Positions 51,348-62,337 of a stretch of DNA of 64,000 bases are shown here, piece after piece (position 1 is the stretch's first letter; every line of letters begins with the position of its first letter). Made by a program: the position numbers and the translations under genes. Location of the stretch: the NCBI GenBank assembly GCA_001244265.2, contig LN717261.1, positions 2,371,591-2,435,590 of the forward strand, written 5' to 3'. Origin of the DNA: Microbotryum violaceum. Taxonomy: Eukaryota. Below the pieces are notes generated by a model. That model saw only the letters and a list, made by a program, of their open reading frames with translations, was not told the origin of the DNA and made no database searches.

Positions 51348-54300
51348 TCTATATAAATCCTTAAAACTTAAAGAATAAAAAACATCGTTGAGACAAACCA
51401 CGTGGTGTGACGTCATAGGCAGCTCTCGGTCCAGCGCGTCCCAGTTAGCTAGCGCTGTTTCAGCATCGGCGAGACCGCTTCGTCTACCTTCGCCGAGGTT
51501 CCATTTCCCATCAAAGCGGCCTGGCATATGACTCTCTGCTTCCCAGACGACCTGTTTTGCGTGCTTGCCACGTCGTAGTGTAGTCCCTTCAACCATCCAG
51601 TTCTGCTACTGCCGAAGAGTCATCTGCAGGCTTTCACATCCCGTCTCCTGTACAACAATCTTCACAGAGAGCAGCAGGGCATCAGAGACGTCGGCAGCTG
51701 CTCGCGTTGCTCCTCCGCGCAATCCGACTCCTCCCGACTCCCGCTCTAATCGCACAGACATCGCCGCCAGCAACCTCGAACAATCGCCGAAGCTCAGCGA
51801 CAACGATGCCTTCGCCAGAAGCAGCAGCGCGAAACCGATCAACACGACATCGCGCAAACTGGTTTGTCAATTCAACCTGCACCGGCAGCAGGCAGCCTCA
51901 GTGTTGCACGGCAAGTGCAATGGGCCCGCAGTTCTTCATCTCCAAGCCTGACATTCGTTCGTCCACTTGAAGCGGTTCCAGACCTCGGGTAGCGTCGGCC
52001 AGTGCGCCAATTCCGCCGTTAGGGGCCCGCCAGCGTGTCATGGGGCTTCACTCCACGGCGTTCCGCGACATTCTATGAGCCCGGTTTAAGCTGAGACACA
52101 GGCTCCTCCGTCTTTCTCCCTCCTGCTCTTCACACCTTGCCCATCGCATCTCATCCCATCGCCACCTCGAACTTGCGACATCCGAAGCGGTCGTTGTGGA
52201 AGCTCTGCAACGAATACGGGATCAAGAAATGGCTGCCACATGCAGCATAGCTACGAATTCGAGTACGTAACTTCATAAACTGTGCTCTTGGTGTGGGATT
52301 GTTCAGAAGCTAATGGAACCCTACCAAGCAGAAATCTCCTTCAACGCGTCCTCTTTTGAATGTCAACCCTCGAGATGTTCCTTCACCGTCAGCTGGTGAT
52401 ACTGCATGTGTGAGTCATCCCTTGACATGGCTGTGTAGTCTTAGATATGACGGACAAACTGATACAAAAAAACAGACATTGGACGTCAGTGATACAGCGG
52501 AAGGATTGACTTCGTACGGTTGACAATCCGGGTTCATGGGACACAAAATGTGAGTCTTCACTGCCATTGCTACAGATGGACAACAGCAAGAATACTGATA
52601 GTTCCATAGGACGAATCACGCAAAAAAAACAGGTTCCGTGAATTGCGGCTCACCATCCGTGGCAGATCCTCAACGACTCGGTTCGGTGGGGTGACCATCA
52701 CGTTGGCAGGTGTGTGCAAAACTTTCAAAAGCAAAACGCAGGGCAGCATGACTAATGACCGGTTGGACTGTAACATCACAAGGGATCCGAAGCAACGCCT
52801 TCCCGTTATTCTCACAAATTGTCAATTTCGTTGATGCTCCGGGAGGGACAGGCAAAACGTTCTTGGAAGAAATGGTCCTTGCTCGGATTGTGAGAGGGAA
52901 CATACGCTCTTGCCGTTGCATCATCGGGTATTGCTGCACTGCTACTGCCAAAAGGCAGAACGGCACAATCGTGGTTCAAGATCCCGATCATCGTCTTCGA
53001 CGACTTTACGTGCAACGTTCCGAAACAGGCACAGCTCGCCGAGCTTTTTGGGATGTGCGACTTGATCGACCGGGACGAGGCACCGATGAAGCACCGTCGA
53101 TGTTTCCAGCTGGTGGACAGGATGTTGACATGTGCAATTGTCAACGGCTCGGGTTGGTGGACTGACCGTCGTGTTGGCAGGTGTGTGCCAATCTTTCAAC
53201 AGCACAGCGCAGGCCAGCATGACTAACTGACCGGTTGAACTGCAACATCACAGGGGACAAGTTTTCTCAAGATGCCTTCCCGCAATTTCCAGGTCATCAC
53301 CTGCACAAATCGTCTACGCTTGCATCATGGAATGCTGACTTCTGGGGGAAGTTGAGGGTGCTGCATGACTTCGTACGGTTGAGAATCCGGGTCATTGGAA
53401 CACTGAATGTGAGTCTTCACTGCCATTGCTACAGATGAACAACAGCAAGAATACTGATAGTCGAATCACGCAAGAAAGCAGGCTCTGATTGCGTGAATTG
53501 CGGCCCACCATCCCATGGCAGATTCTCAACGGCTCGGTTTGGCGGAGTGACCGTCGTGTTGGCAGGTATGTGCCAATCTTTCAAAAGCAAGGCGCAGGGC
53601 AGCATGACTCACTGACCGGTTGGACTGTGACATCACAGAGGATCCGAAGCAATGCCTTCCCGTTATTCTCAAGTCATTGCCTACACAAATTGTCGACGCT
53701 TGCATCATGAATGTTGACTTCTGCGGGGATCTCTCTGTAAGTGGTAGTCCTTGCCTGACCTTTAGACCCTATACTAGGCTAACAATGGCACAGTGCGAGC
53801 GCAGACAAACATGCCTCTTCTGGCCGCTGCAAACCGCATGACCGAAACGGAACAGGCAAAGGCACAGGGCTTTGCAGGTTGGCTTTTCGGAGTTCGGAGT
53901 TGGAGACGGGTCGGCGAACGAAACAGAAGACTATCGCGCTCCCACGTGAGCTTCTCCTGCCGGCGACCACGAGGAACAGATCCGGGTTGATCAGACACGT
54001 TTATCCCGTCCCGCGCTCAAACTGGACAATATATCAATAGGCGAAAAAGTCGAATACTTCCGAGAGCGAGCAAAACTGACGCCCAAAAATTTGCAGGTGG
54101 ATCACATCAACGACATGGTGCTCGACCTGCTGCCGAGTGACGCTCAAACCTTCTACAGCGCGAATTTGGACACCTTTGTTGCGGTGGATGTCGCCGCACA
54201 GTCACCGATTGCACTGCGTCCACTGCCCGAGGATCAACTTCGTCCAATGGATCCACCGCCTGTGAACGCTGCGATCTCTCGAAGGTCTCAAGGTCAGCAA

Positions 54301-54409
54301 AGATTGCGCATAGATGGAAGCAGTATAGAACCGTAGCCATCTGCAATAAAGTAACAGAACTGCTGATTCTCAATGTGAGGTGGCGCGCGGAGCGCCCCGC
54401 CAAACCTAG
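51348..54409 (+). mobile_element. Degenerate Helitron with PIF1-helicase fragments and internal duplications
   Basis: A|TC start at ~51348; FVDAPGGTGKTF, FKIPI, DEAPMKHR and VDHINDMVL motifs; duplicated blocks at 52540-52810 and 53140-53720; 3' hairpin ggcgcgcggagcgcc then CTAG|T at 54406-54410. Confidence 0.85.
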
Positions 54410-54465
54410 TCTTACAAGAACAACTACATCAATCCCGCATTTTGTCCCGTCATCCTCGCTATCCC

Positions 54466-55148
54466 CGCACGGTTTCGATGTAGTAGAGGAGGTTTTCGCT
54501 GTTGCCCCCGCAGGACGCTGGTGTATAGAGTGCGAGGAACGGCTGTATGAGTTGTGGGGATGTTGGCGACGCCTTGGTATAGTCGTGATTCGTTCGATCA
54601 GAGGTTCAATCACAGGCTCGACGCATGATTTTCGTCTCGGGAGTAGCTCGGCACCCGCACGGTTTCGATGTAGTACAGGAGGTTTTCGCTGTTGCCCTCG
54701 AAGGACGCTGGTGTATCGAGTGGTGGAGGAGGGGCTGAAGGCGGTACATTACAACAGTACCGCAGGAGGATGTGCGGTAGGTGGTTTCCCCCCGGGGGAA
54801 TCTTATGAACGACACTCCGAGGGGTGTCTTGAAGCGTCCCCCGGGGGAATTTCATGAACGACACTCCGGGGGGAGACTTGTGAGCTTCCCCCGGGGGTAT
54901 TTGCTCAATGCTCCCCCCGGGGGACGCCTCAAGACACCCCTCGGAGTGTCGTTCATGAGATTCCCCCCGGGGGGATCCTCAGGGTACGCGCGGAGTTGTA
55001 CAATGTCTTATCCCATTACAGCACGCTGGTGCATCAGGTGCATGAGTGGTGAGGATGATGGTGGCGACGCCTTGGTGTAGCGGTGATTTGTTCGGTCGAT
55101 CGTTCGGTCAGAGGCTCGATCACAGGTTCGACGCATGATTTTCGTCTC
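54466..55148. repeat. Imperfect direct repeats flanking the dyad array
   Basis: cacggtttcgatgtag...gacgctggtgtat at ~54468 and ~54658; ggcgacgccttggt...gcatgattttcgtctc at ~54565-54638 and ~55063-55148. Confidence 0.85.
54787..54975. repeat. Dyad-symmetric array of CCCCCGGGGG motifs (candidate origin or protein-binding array)
   Basis: Arms 54787-54848 and 54912-54975 are near-perfect reverse complements; the motif recurs every ~25 bp. Confidence 0.9.
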
Positions 55149-55215
55149 CATTTCCGCTACCCAGTCGTCATTCAATCGACAGTTCACGGAAATGAAGTTC
55201 AAGAATCAATATCAT

Positions 55216-58200
55216 TTATTGCAGGCGCGGTAGCAGTTCATCGACATCGCCTTCACCTTCGCCAGCCTCATCCTCCACGTCCTCTACGTCCTCTACGTCC
55301 ATGGGCATGACATTCGAGTGTGACCACTCGTCCAAGATTGCCTCAGCCCTCTCGACGGCACAGTCCAGATCGTAGCTCCTTAGCATATGCCAGTCCTCGA
55401 TCAGGGAATCTTGGCGTGTGGCTAGCAACGCAAGAACTGTGCAGTTCAGATAATCGCTAGACCAAGTGGCGCCGCTGCCGTCCGCGGAGCGCCGCAGCGG
55501 CACACCGCAACCCAGGTGATAAACCCTCTTGATAAACTTGTACGCTGTGTTATATACGCCCTTATCCCCCGCGACGATTTTCTTCTGGTTCGTCGCATTC
55601 CACAGACGATATTCAGCACTTTGTGGATTCGCGCAACGCAGACGGAACTCCATGATCCTGCGTTCATCCTCGGAGCCCTCGGACAAGTCTATCGTGTCGC
55701 CAGGCGCGATAATCCCGAGATCGCGATCGCCATCGATGGCGAAATCAGTGTAAAGGAATTTTTGCATCGCTCGTAAGAGCTCTGACCCAGCCAAGGCAGA
55801 GGCGTGCCTTGAAACGCCCCCAATCGCTTTGCTGCGCCACTTCCAGGGGTCCTTTTTGAGCCCCGTCTCAAAAAGCACCAGTGAAAGCCAACGGTCGAAC
55901 GCGAAAGCCCCCAGCCATGGGGCGTGGTGAGCGGTGCATTCATGTTGCAAGCGAACAGCCACGTCACGTAAGATGTCGTGCTTGAAACGATTGCTGCGTA
56001 TGAGGGCGTCCATCAACATGTCGGCCTTGATGGAGGCCTCAAACAGGACCTGTGATGCCACCTCCGCGTGCAGCTCCCCATCTGCCACGGCCCGTAAATC
56101 GGCAAGCGGATCTTCCAGATGCCAATTTGCCACGCAGATGGAGCGATTCCTGACGTATTTATTGAGCACAGCCAGAAGATTCGCCCGCTCGGCCTCCGAC
56201 GACGTGATGGGCACTTCGGCACCGCCAATCTTCACCAGTACGTGGCCATTGTACCGTTCTTGCCACAACCAAGCGTGTCGATTCCGGGAATCAGCAAATT
56301 CCGCGGCGGCCTCGGCTTGGATTTTCAAACGAAAGCTTCCCGCACCACCCAGGCCCAAGCCCATGCCAGCGTCCGTGCGAGCGGTACTGACAAGTGAGAA
56401 GTACATTTGGGAGAGCCGTTCTTTGGACGCCAGATTTTCGTCGCCGCACCCCTTTTCGATGTAGGCGTATACGTAGGCATGCATTTCATCAGTGCGTGCC
56501 TGGTGTCGGAGTCGCTGAGTCATTTGATATTCAGCGTCATGTGCGATGATGCCCTTGTGCAGAAAATAGAATCCCGCTGTGTAGTGACAGTCGAGCGAAA
56601 GACCCGCCGAGAGCACAGGACTGGCGAACACAATATCGGCTCCGGACGTTTCCGCATTCGGATCCTTGATAAAACCTTGGACCCAGTCGTCTTGGGCGCA
56701 GGTATCTCGGGTCACGAGACGAATACCTGGGCGCTGCTCGGGCGTACAAAAGCCCTTGAACATGGCGTATAAGGAGGCTGCAAACGTTTTCTGGGTACAA
56801 AATACGAGCGTCGGGAACCTTGCTCGAGATCGGCGTGGATCCCAATTTGATTTGTAGAAATGCTGAAGTTGGGCAAGAACGACGCCAAGATCATCGGACG
56901 AAGCCATTGGGTAAAGCCTTCGTGGTGTCATAATACAGGATCGTTGGACGAAGGAGCGGTCCTCTGCATCCACCATGCAAAGGTCGGAAGCCCAAGTGAC
57001 GACATCTTGAGACAGGTCGGACTGCAGCAGGATGACAAGCGATGCCGAGCGCATGATACCGCAAAGACGTTGATACACCTGGAAAACGCCAGTTAGTTAG
57101 CAGATTGGATTGCTGAACTACAGACATGCACTTGCACTCACCAAATGGTACCGCCTGTCCATGGTTGAATCGCCCAAACTCATCCTAATTGCATCCGCCT
57201 CGTCCAGAACGACAATGTCGTACGCCATATGCGTCGGTATTCGCGTAATCGAATGGATGCAGGTCGAGATCCGCGCTACATTGTGCTCGGTGAATGCCCC
57301 ATCCTCTTTATAGTTCGTCAGATTCCATTCCTGAGCCTGATACTTGGCAATGGACTCGCGGTAGGACATTGCGCATACAGTGGCGCGCAGCCTGTCGTTG
57401 AGGATACTGCGAATGAAGGTCGACTTTCCCAACCCTGTGGCGGCCGAAATTGCCAACAGACGAACGCCCGCAGCAACACTCAGGTCGGTCCGTCCGTGAG
57501 AATTGATACGCCACGTGGGGTCAGTGAACACGATGCGTTCATTTGGCAGAACTTCCATGGGGTCACGTTTGAAGGTAGTGGCGGCAAACAACGTCGATCG
57601 GCAACTGAAGCAATGGAGGGCTCGATCGCCCGCATCGGTTGGGAAAACTCGCGCACTCTGAGAGTAAGAAATTGCTGCATGGTCAGCATACCGCCGCGAG
57701 GTGTATGGAGAATTCGGAAAAGGCGCGTACAGGGTCTCCAATACCTCGGTGGCCCTACGGTGTGTCCTTGGATTCGCATCGCGGACAGTAAACCGTTGAC
57801 CCAAACGTGATCAGATTGAATTGTTTGGTGGTGGTACCGTCAGCAAGTACGATCGCCGCTGTGTCCTCGAGAATATGCGAATTCACCTCTGCATCAACTT
57901 CCCTTCTGCGAGCGCTGCGAGCCTGTACCTGGTTGCCTCGGTCCGTGTCCCTGCGACGTCTTGCACGTTCAGCAAGCCGTTCCGCAGTTGCGGAATCCAT
58001 TGCGCCGACATCAGCCCGCACCAGGATATTGCAGCCGGCATTGGCGACGTCAGTTGACCAAGGGTGTGCCGGGTGGAAGCTGATGGTGAATGGCTGGTGG
58101 GTCTCGTTCAAGATGATATCCATCCCTCCGACTGGACAAATGTTCGATACCATGTGGTGTACGTAGGGAAGACGTAGGGAAGACGTCCTTAAATCGAAAC

Positions 58201-59162
58201 CGCATATCGTTGTCACCGATGATTCGAGTCGCCTGATCTGGCATTAGTACAGGCCGGAGTGGTCTTCCTTGCCGCGCTTTGGAGTTGCCACCGAGTCGAT
58301 AGAGCTGATGTTGGCCGTAAGGAACAAGATCAAACACGTACGATCCCTTTCCTTGCCCTGTCAGCTGCAGAAATAGGAGCGATGGCGAAATGGCGATCAT
58401 CCGATCCGGTATGTTGTCTTTGATCATATCGGACAAGGATTGAATGCAAAATCCGCGAATTGCTGAAGCGAGCTCGAACGAGAGTGCCGCGGACGATGTA
58501 AGATGTGAGTCCATCCCGATTGGGAAGACAATGTGAAACGACAATTTCGAGGATGTGGAAGCACTAAGGACGGTGATTGGCCGTCCCGCGAGGTCGACGC
58601 CGAGACGCCGGCGAAGTGAGACACGAATCTTGTTCAGCAGGTCGGTAAGAACTCGTTCCGCGTAAAGTTCTTCGAACAGCGTGCCCGCGGTGGAGAGTAG
58701 AACTGCGATTATTCGCTGGCGCTGAAGTGGAAAAACAACGAAAACGAAAAGCAATGAATGAGATAACTCAGCACTCCTGACCTGCCAACGCAAAACCGCA
58801 AGGTCCGAGCTGACCACATCTTCAAGCTCAGCGCCAGGGAAATACGACGCTGCGTTACGCGTCAACAACGCCATTTTGGCTGGATTGTCAATTGAAGGAC
58901 GCTTAAATTCGACATCGATATAGTAGCAGCTTGGCAGCGAAGCGTCGATGATTTCATAGTAGCAATTCTCGTTTTGGGCTGAGTCGCTTGCCCACAAGCG
59001 TTGATATAGTTCGCGTGGAGTGCCGACCACGTATTGCTTCACGCCCGGAACAGGCACTGTGCCTGGTGGCCAGTACAATTTGTCGCGTGCAAACACTCGA
59101 TGTCCTTTGTCTTTCGCAGACGCCAATGCTGGTTGTAACTTGGCATGAATGGCTAAAGGCAT
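55216..59162 (-). CDS. PrimPol-like AEP primase, Zn module and UL9/origin-binding-protein-like SF2 helicase fusion (~1270 aa; 2 introns, 2 frameshifts)
   Basis: AEP motifs CYYEII...YYIDVEF, KLSFHIV, FDLVPYGQHQLYRLGGNSK; CPRC...LHCFSC; helicase motifs AATGLGKST, SYRESIA, IHSITRI, YDIVVLDEA, LVFCTQK, SPVLSAGLSL, YQMTQRLR. Introns at 57079-57141 (gtgagt..gctaac..cag) and putatively 58722-58781. Confidence 0.85.
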
Positions 59163-59199
59163 TGGGTGATTGGGTGATGGCGTGGGTGACGCGGAGCGG

Positions 59200-59332
59200 A
59201 TCGGGGGGATTTCGCAGGGTATTTTATGTTTTCGCTTCGGCTGAGCCGAAACAGCGCACCCCCGGGGGACTTCGCACGGGGTTTTTTTTTCGCTTCGCTG
59301 GGCCAAAACAGCGCATCCCCGGGGGATCCCTC
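59200..59332. promoter_or_regulatory. Tandem ~57-bp repeats with CCCCGGGGG motifs in the divergent intergenic region
   Basis: Two units ggggga(t/c)ttcgca...ttttcgcttcg...aaacagcgca.cccc followed by gggggatccc; mirrored at ~62168-62300. Confidence 0.7.
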
Positions 59333-59479
59333 TCGTCCCCTCTTTCCCTCTTACCCCTCACTGCTCTGGGCATCACCCACAAACGCCTTACGACGGCCTT
59401 CTTTCAGACGTCGTGCATCTCTACCGTTGCGTCTGGTCTGGTCGATCCGAGTCGGCCCTCCCGCAACTCTCGCCGCACA

Positions 59480-60970
59480 ATGGCTCCTCGCGCCCAGGGG
59501 CCTCGCGCCCAGGAGCTGCCCCTGGAAGGCGATCTCGCATGGCTGGATGTCGACTCGCACCTGGTCCGCGCCCCCTCCGGCGAGTGGCGCATGCGGTGTC
59601 GATTGTGCATCGGTGATTACAAGCTGCCTGGGGGTACACGTCCCCAACGCCCCCACTGTAGCGAAGGTTCACGCCCTGGAAATGGTCCGAAACATCAAGA
59701 AACATTACCGGGACAAGCACAACTGTACCTTCAAGGCGTCGGACACTCGGTACAGGGGCAACGAGGTGGCGTTTCCCTTAATCGGTACCGACCCTGAAGT
59801 CCAAGCGGTAAGTCGTAAAATACTTCTATCAATATGATTTACGTCATTTGTGGACTTTGGCTCACGTTGTCTCAATATTCATTATCTGATTAGGGTTTTG
59901 GCAACCTGAAGAGGAGATACCGCAAGACTGTCAAGGCCAGACTCGACGCATTGGAGGCGCAGGTGAAGGCGAACCGTGCGACCCACGACGAGTGGGAGGC
60001 ACGAAAGGCGGATCGACTGGCGTGCGAGCCCGAAGATATCCTACGGGCGTGGGGTGAGGAAGATCCCCCTCAGGAGGACGAGGACTGGGACTATGCGACC
60101 CAGGGTGACCTCCGGAACCTCATGCCTCCGAACCGCCATGAGCTTTGGTACGCCCACAAGGGATATCAACGGCTGCCTCAGAGCCTTTTGACCCTTCTCA
60201 TCAGTTGGAGGGACGTTCTAATGGAAGGATACCTACGGGAGAAGGCACGGGAAGGTGGGGCGGACGCCACACTGTTGAGGGAGTGGAGGGTCCGCCTCCA
60301 GGACTATGACGACACCATCGCCGGACTGATACCCATCCCCGTCAACGTCGACCTGAAGCGTCACCAGTCGGAACTGATCAGCGAAGTCGTTCGACCGCTC
60401 TATGAACAACGGCGACGCCCCCTCCCTTCCGTCGACATGTTGCCCCAGACGTGCCGAAACGACATGGAGCGCAGCCTTGCTCGCGTCGAGAAGGCCTACA
60501 AGCCCTTAGACGGTGCGAAGCGGCGAGCCTACGATCGGTACTGGGATATGCTCGCCTCCGACCACAGCACGTTCCGACGATGGTTAGGGTTCCCAGCGAT
60601 TGGGTTGAAGAACTTTGTCCACAGTCGCGAACCCCCCAAGCCACTCAGCGATGCGGACGTCAAGGCCGAAAGGAAGAATGTCTTGGACGCGTGGATTGTC
60701 GAGTGTGCCAACAAGTGGTTGACAGAAAACGGAGGCCCGCTTCCACGGTATCTATCCTTTTCCTCCGCGGACAGTGTCAACCACTTGTTGGCACACTCGA
60801 CAATCCACGCGTCCAAGACATTCTTCCTTTCGGCCTTGACGTCCGCATCGCTGAGTGGCTTGGGGGGTTCGCGACTGTGGACAAAGTTCTTCAACCCAAT
60901 CGCTGGGAACCCTAACCATCGTCGGAACGTGCTGTGGTCGGAGGCGAGCATATCCCAGTACCGATCGTAG
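59480..60970 (+). CDS. BED-like C2H2 zinc-finger protein with an unknown helical C-terminus, truncated by the fold-back
   Basis: W...CRLC...NIKKHYRDKH; frameshift in the C-run at 59642; intron 59808-59893 (gtaagt..ctgat..tag) splices in frame to ORF 59951; the ORF runs through the palindrome centre. Confidence 0.65.
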
Positions 60971-62020
60971 GCTCGCCGCTTCGCACCGTCTAAGGGCTTG
61001 TAGGCCTTCTCGACGCGAGCAAGGCTGCGCTCCATGTCGTTTCGGCACGTCTGGGGCAACATGTCGACGGAAGGGAGGGGGCGTCGCCGTTGTTCATAGA
61101 GCGGTCGAACGACTTCGCTGATCAGTTCCGACTGGTGACGCTTCAGGTCGACGTTGACGGGGATGGGTATCAGTCCGGCGATGGTGTCGTCATAGTCCTG
61201 GAGGCGGACCCTCCACTCCCTCAACAGTGTGGCGTCCGCCCCACCTTCCCGTGCCTTCTCCCGTAGGTATCCTTCCATTAGAACGTCCCTCCAACTGATG
61301 AGAAGGGTCAAAAGGCTCTGAGGCAGCCGTTGATATCCCTTGTGGGCGTACCAAAGCTCATGGCGGTTCGGAGGCATGAGGTTCCGGAGGTCACCCTGGG
61401 TCGCATAGTCCCAGTCCTCGTCCTCCTGAGGGGGATCTTCCTCACCCCACGCCCGTAGGATATCTTCGGGCTCGCACGCCAGTCGATCCGCCTTTCGTGC
61501 CTCCCACTCGTCGTGGGTCGCACGGTTCGCCTTCACCTGCGCCTCCAATGCGTCGAGTCTGGCCTTGACAGTCTTGCGGTATCTCCTCTTCAGGTTGCCA
61601 AAACCCTAATCAGATAATGAATATTGAGACAACGTGAGCCAAAGTCCACAAATGACGTAAATCATATTGATAGAAGTATTTTACGACTTACCGCTTGGAC
61701 TTCAGGGTCGGTACCGATTAAGGGAAACGCCACCTCGTTGCCCCTGTACCGAGTGTCCGACGCCTTGAAGGTACAGTTGTGCTTGTCCCGGTAATGTTTC
61801 TTGATGTTTCGGACCATTTCCAGGGCGTGAACCTTCGCTACAGTGGGGGCGTTGGGGGACGTGTACCCCCAGGCAGCTTGTAATCACCGATGCACAATCG
61901 ACACCGCATGCGCCACTCGCCGGAGGGGGCGCGGACCAGGTGCGAGTCGACATCCAGCCATGCGAGATCGCCTTCCAGGGGCAGCTCCTGGGCGCGAGGC
62001 CCCTGGGCGCGAGGAGCCAT
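60529..62020 (-). CDS. Mirror copy of the BED-like zinc-finger gene
   Basis: Reverse complement of 59480-60724. Confidence 0.6.
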
Positions 62021-62337
62021 TGTGCGGCGAGAGTTGCGGGAGGGCCGACTCGGATCGACCAGACCAGACGCAACGGTAGAGATGCACGACGTCTGAAAGA
62101 AGGCCGTCGTAAGGCGTTTGTGGGTGATGCCCAGAGCAGTGAGGGGTAAGAGGGAAAGAGGGGACGAGAGGGATCCCCCGGGGATGCGCTGTTTTGGCCC
62201 AGCGAAGCGAAAAAAAAACCCCGTGCGAAGTCCCCCGGGGGTGCGCTGTTTCGGCTCAGCCGAAGCGAAAACATAAAATACCCTGCGAAATCCCCCCGAT
62301 CCGCTCCGCGTCACCCACGCCATCACCCAATCACCCA

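Noticed and set aside
54787-54975. CRISPR-like periodic repeats
   Set aside because: The spacers are themselves repeated or inverted, there are no cas genes, and the context is eukaryotic.
51348-59162. Primase-helicase as Helitron cargo or Helitron helicase
   Set aside because: The Helitron ends at hairpin-CTAG|T (54409) before the module, and its helicase is PIF1/SF1, not SF2.
60725-60774. Loop as a leftover sequencing adapter
   Set aside because: It does not resemble an adapter I recognise and it continues the ORF in frame; a library chimera is still possible.
59951-60970. Protelomerase or telomere resolvase call for the ORF at the hairpin
   Set aside because: No tyrosine-recombinase catalytic pattern is recognisable, and the C-terminal ~65 aa is just antisense read-through of the mirrored arm.
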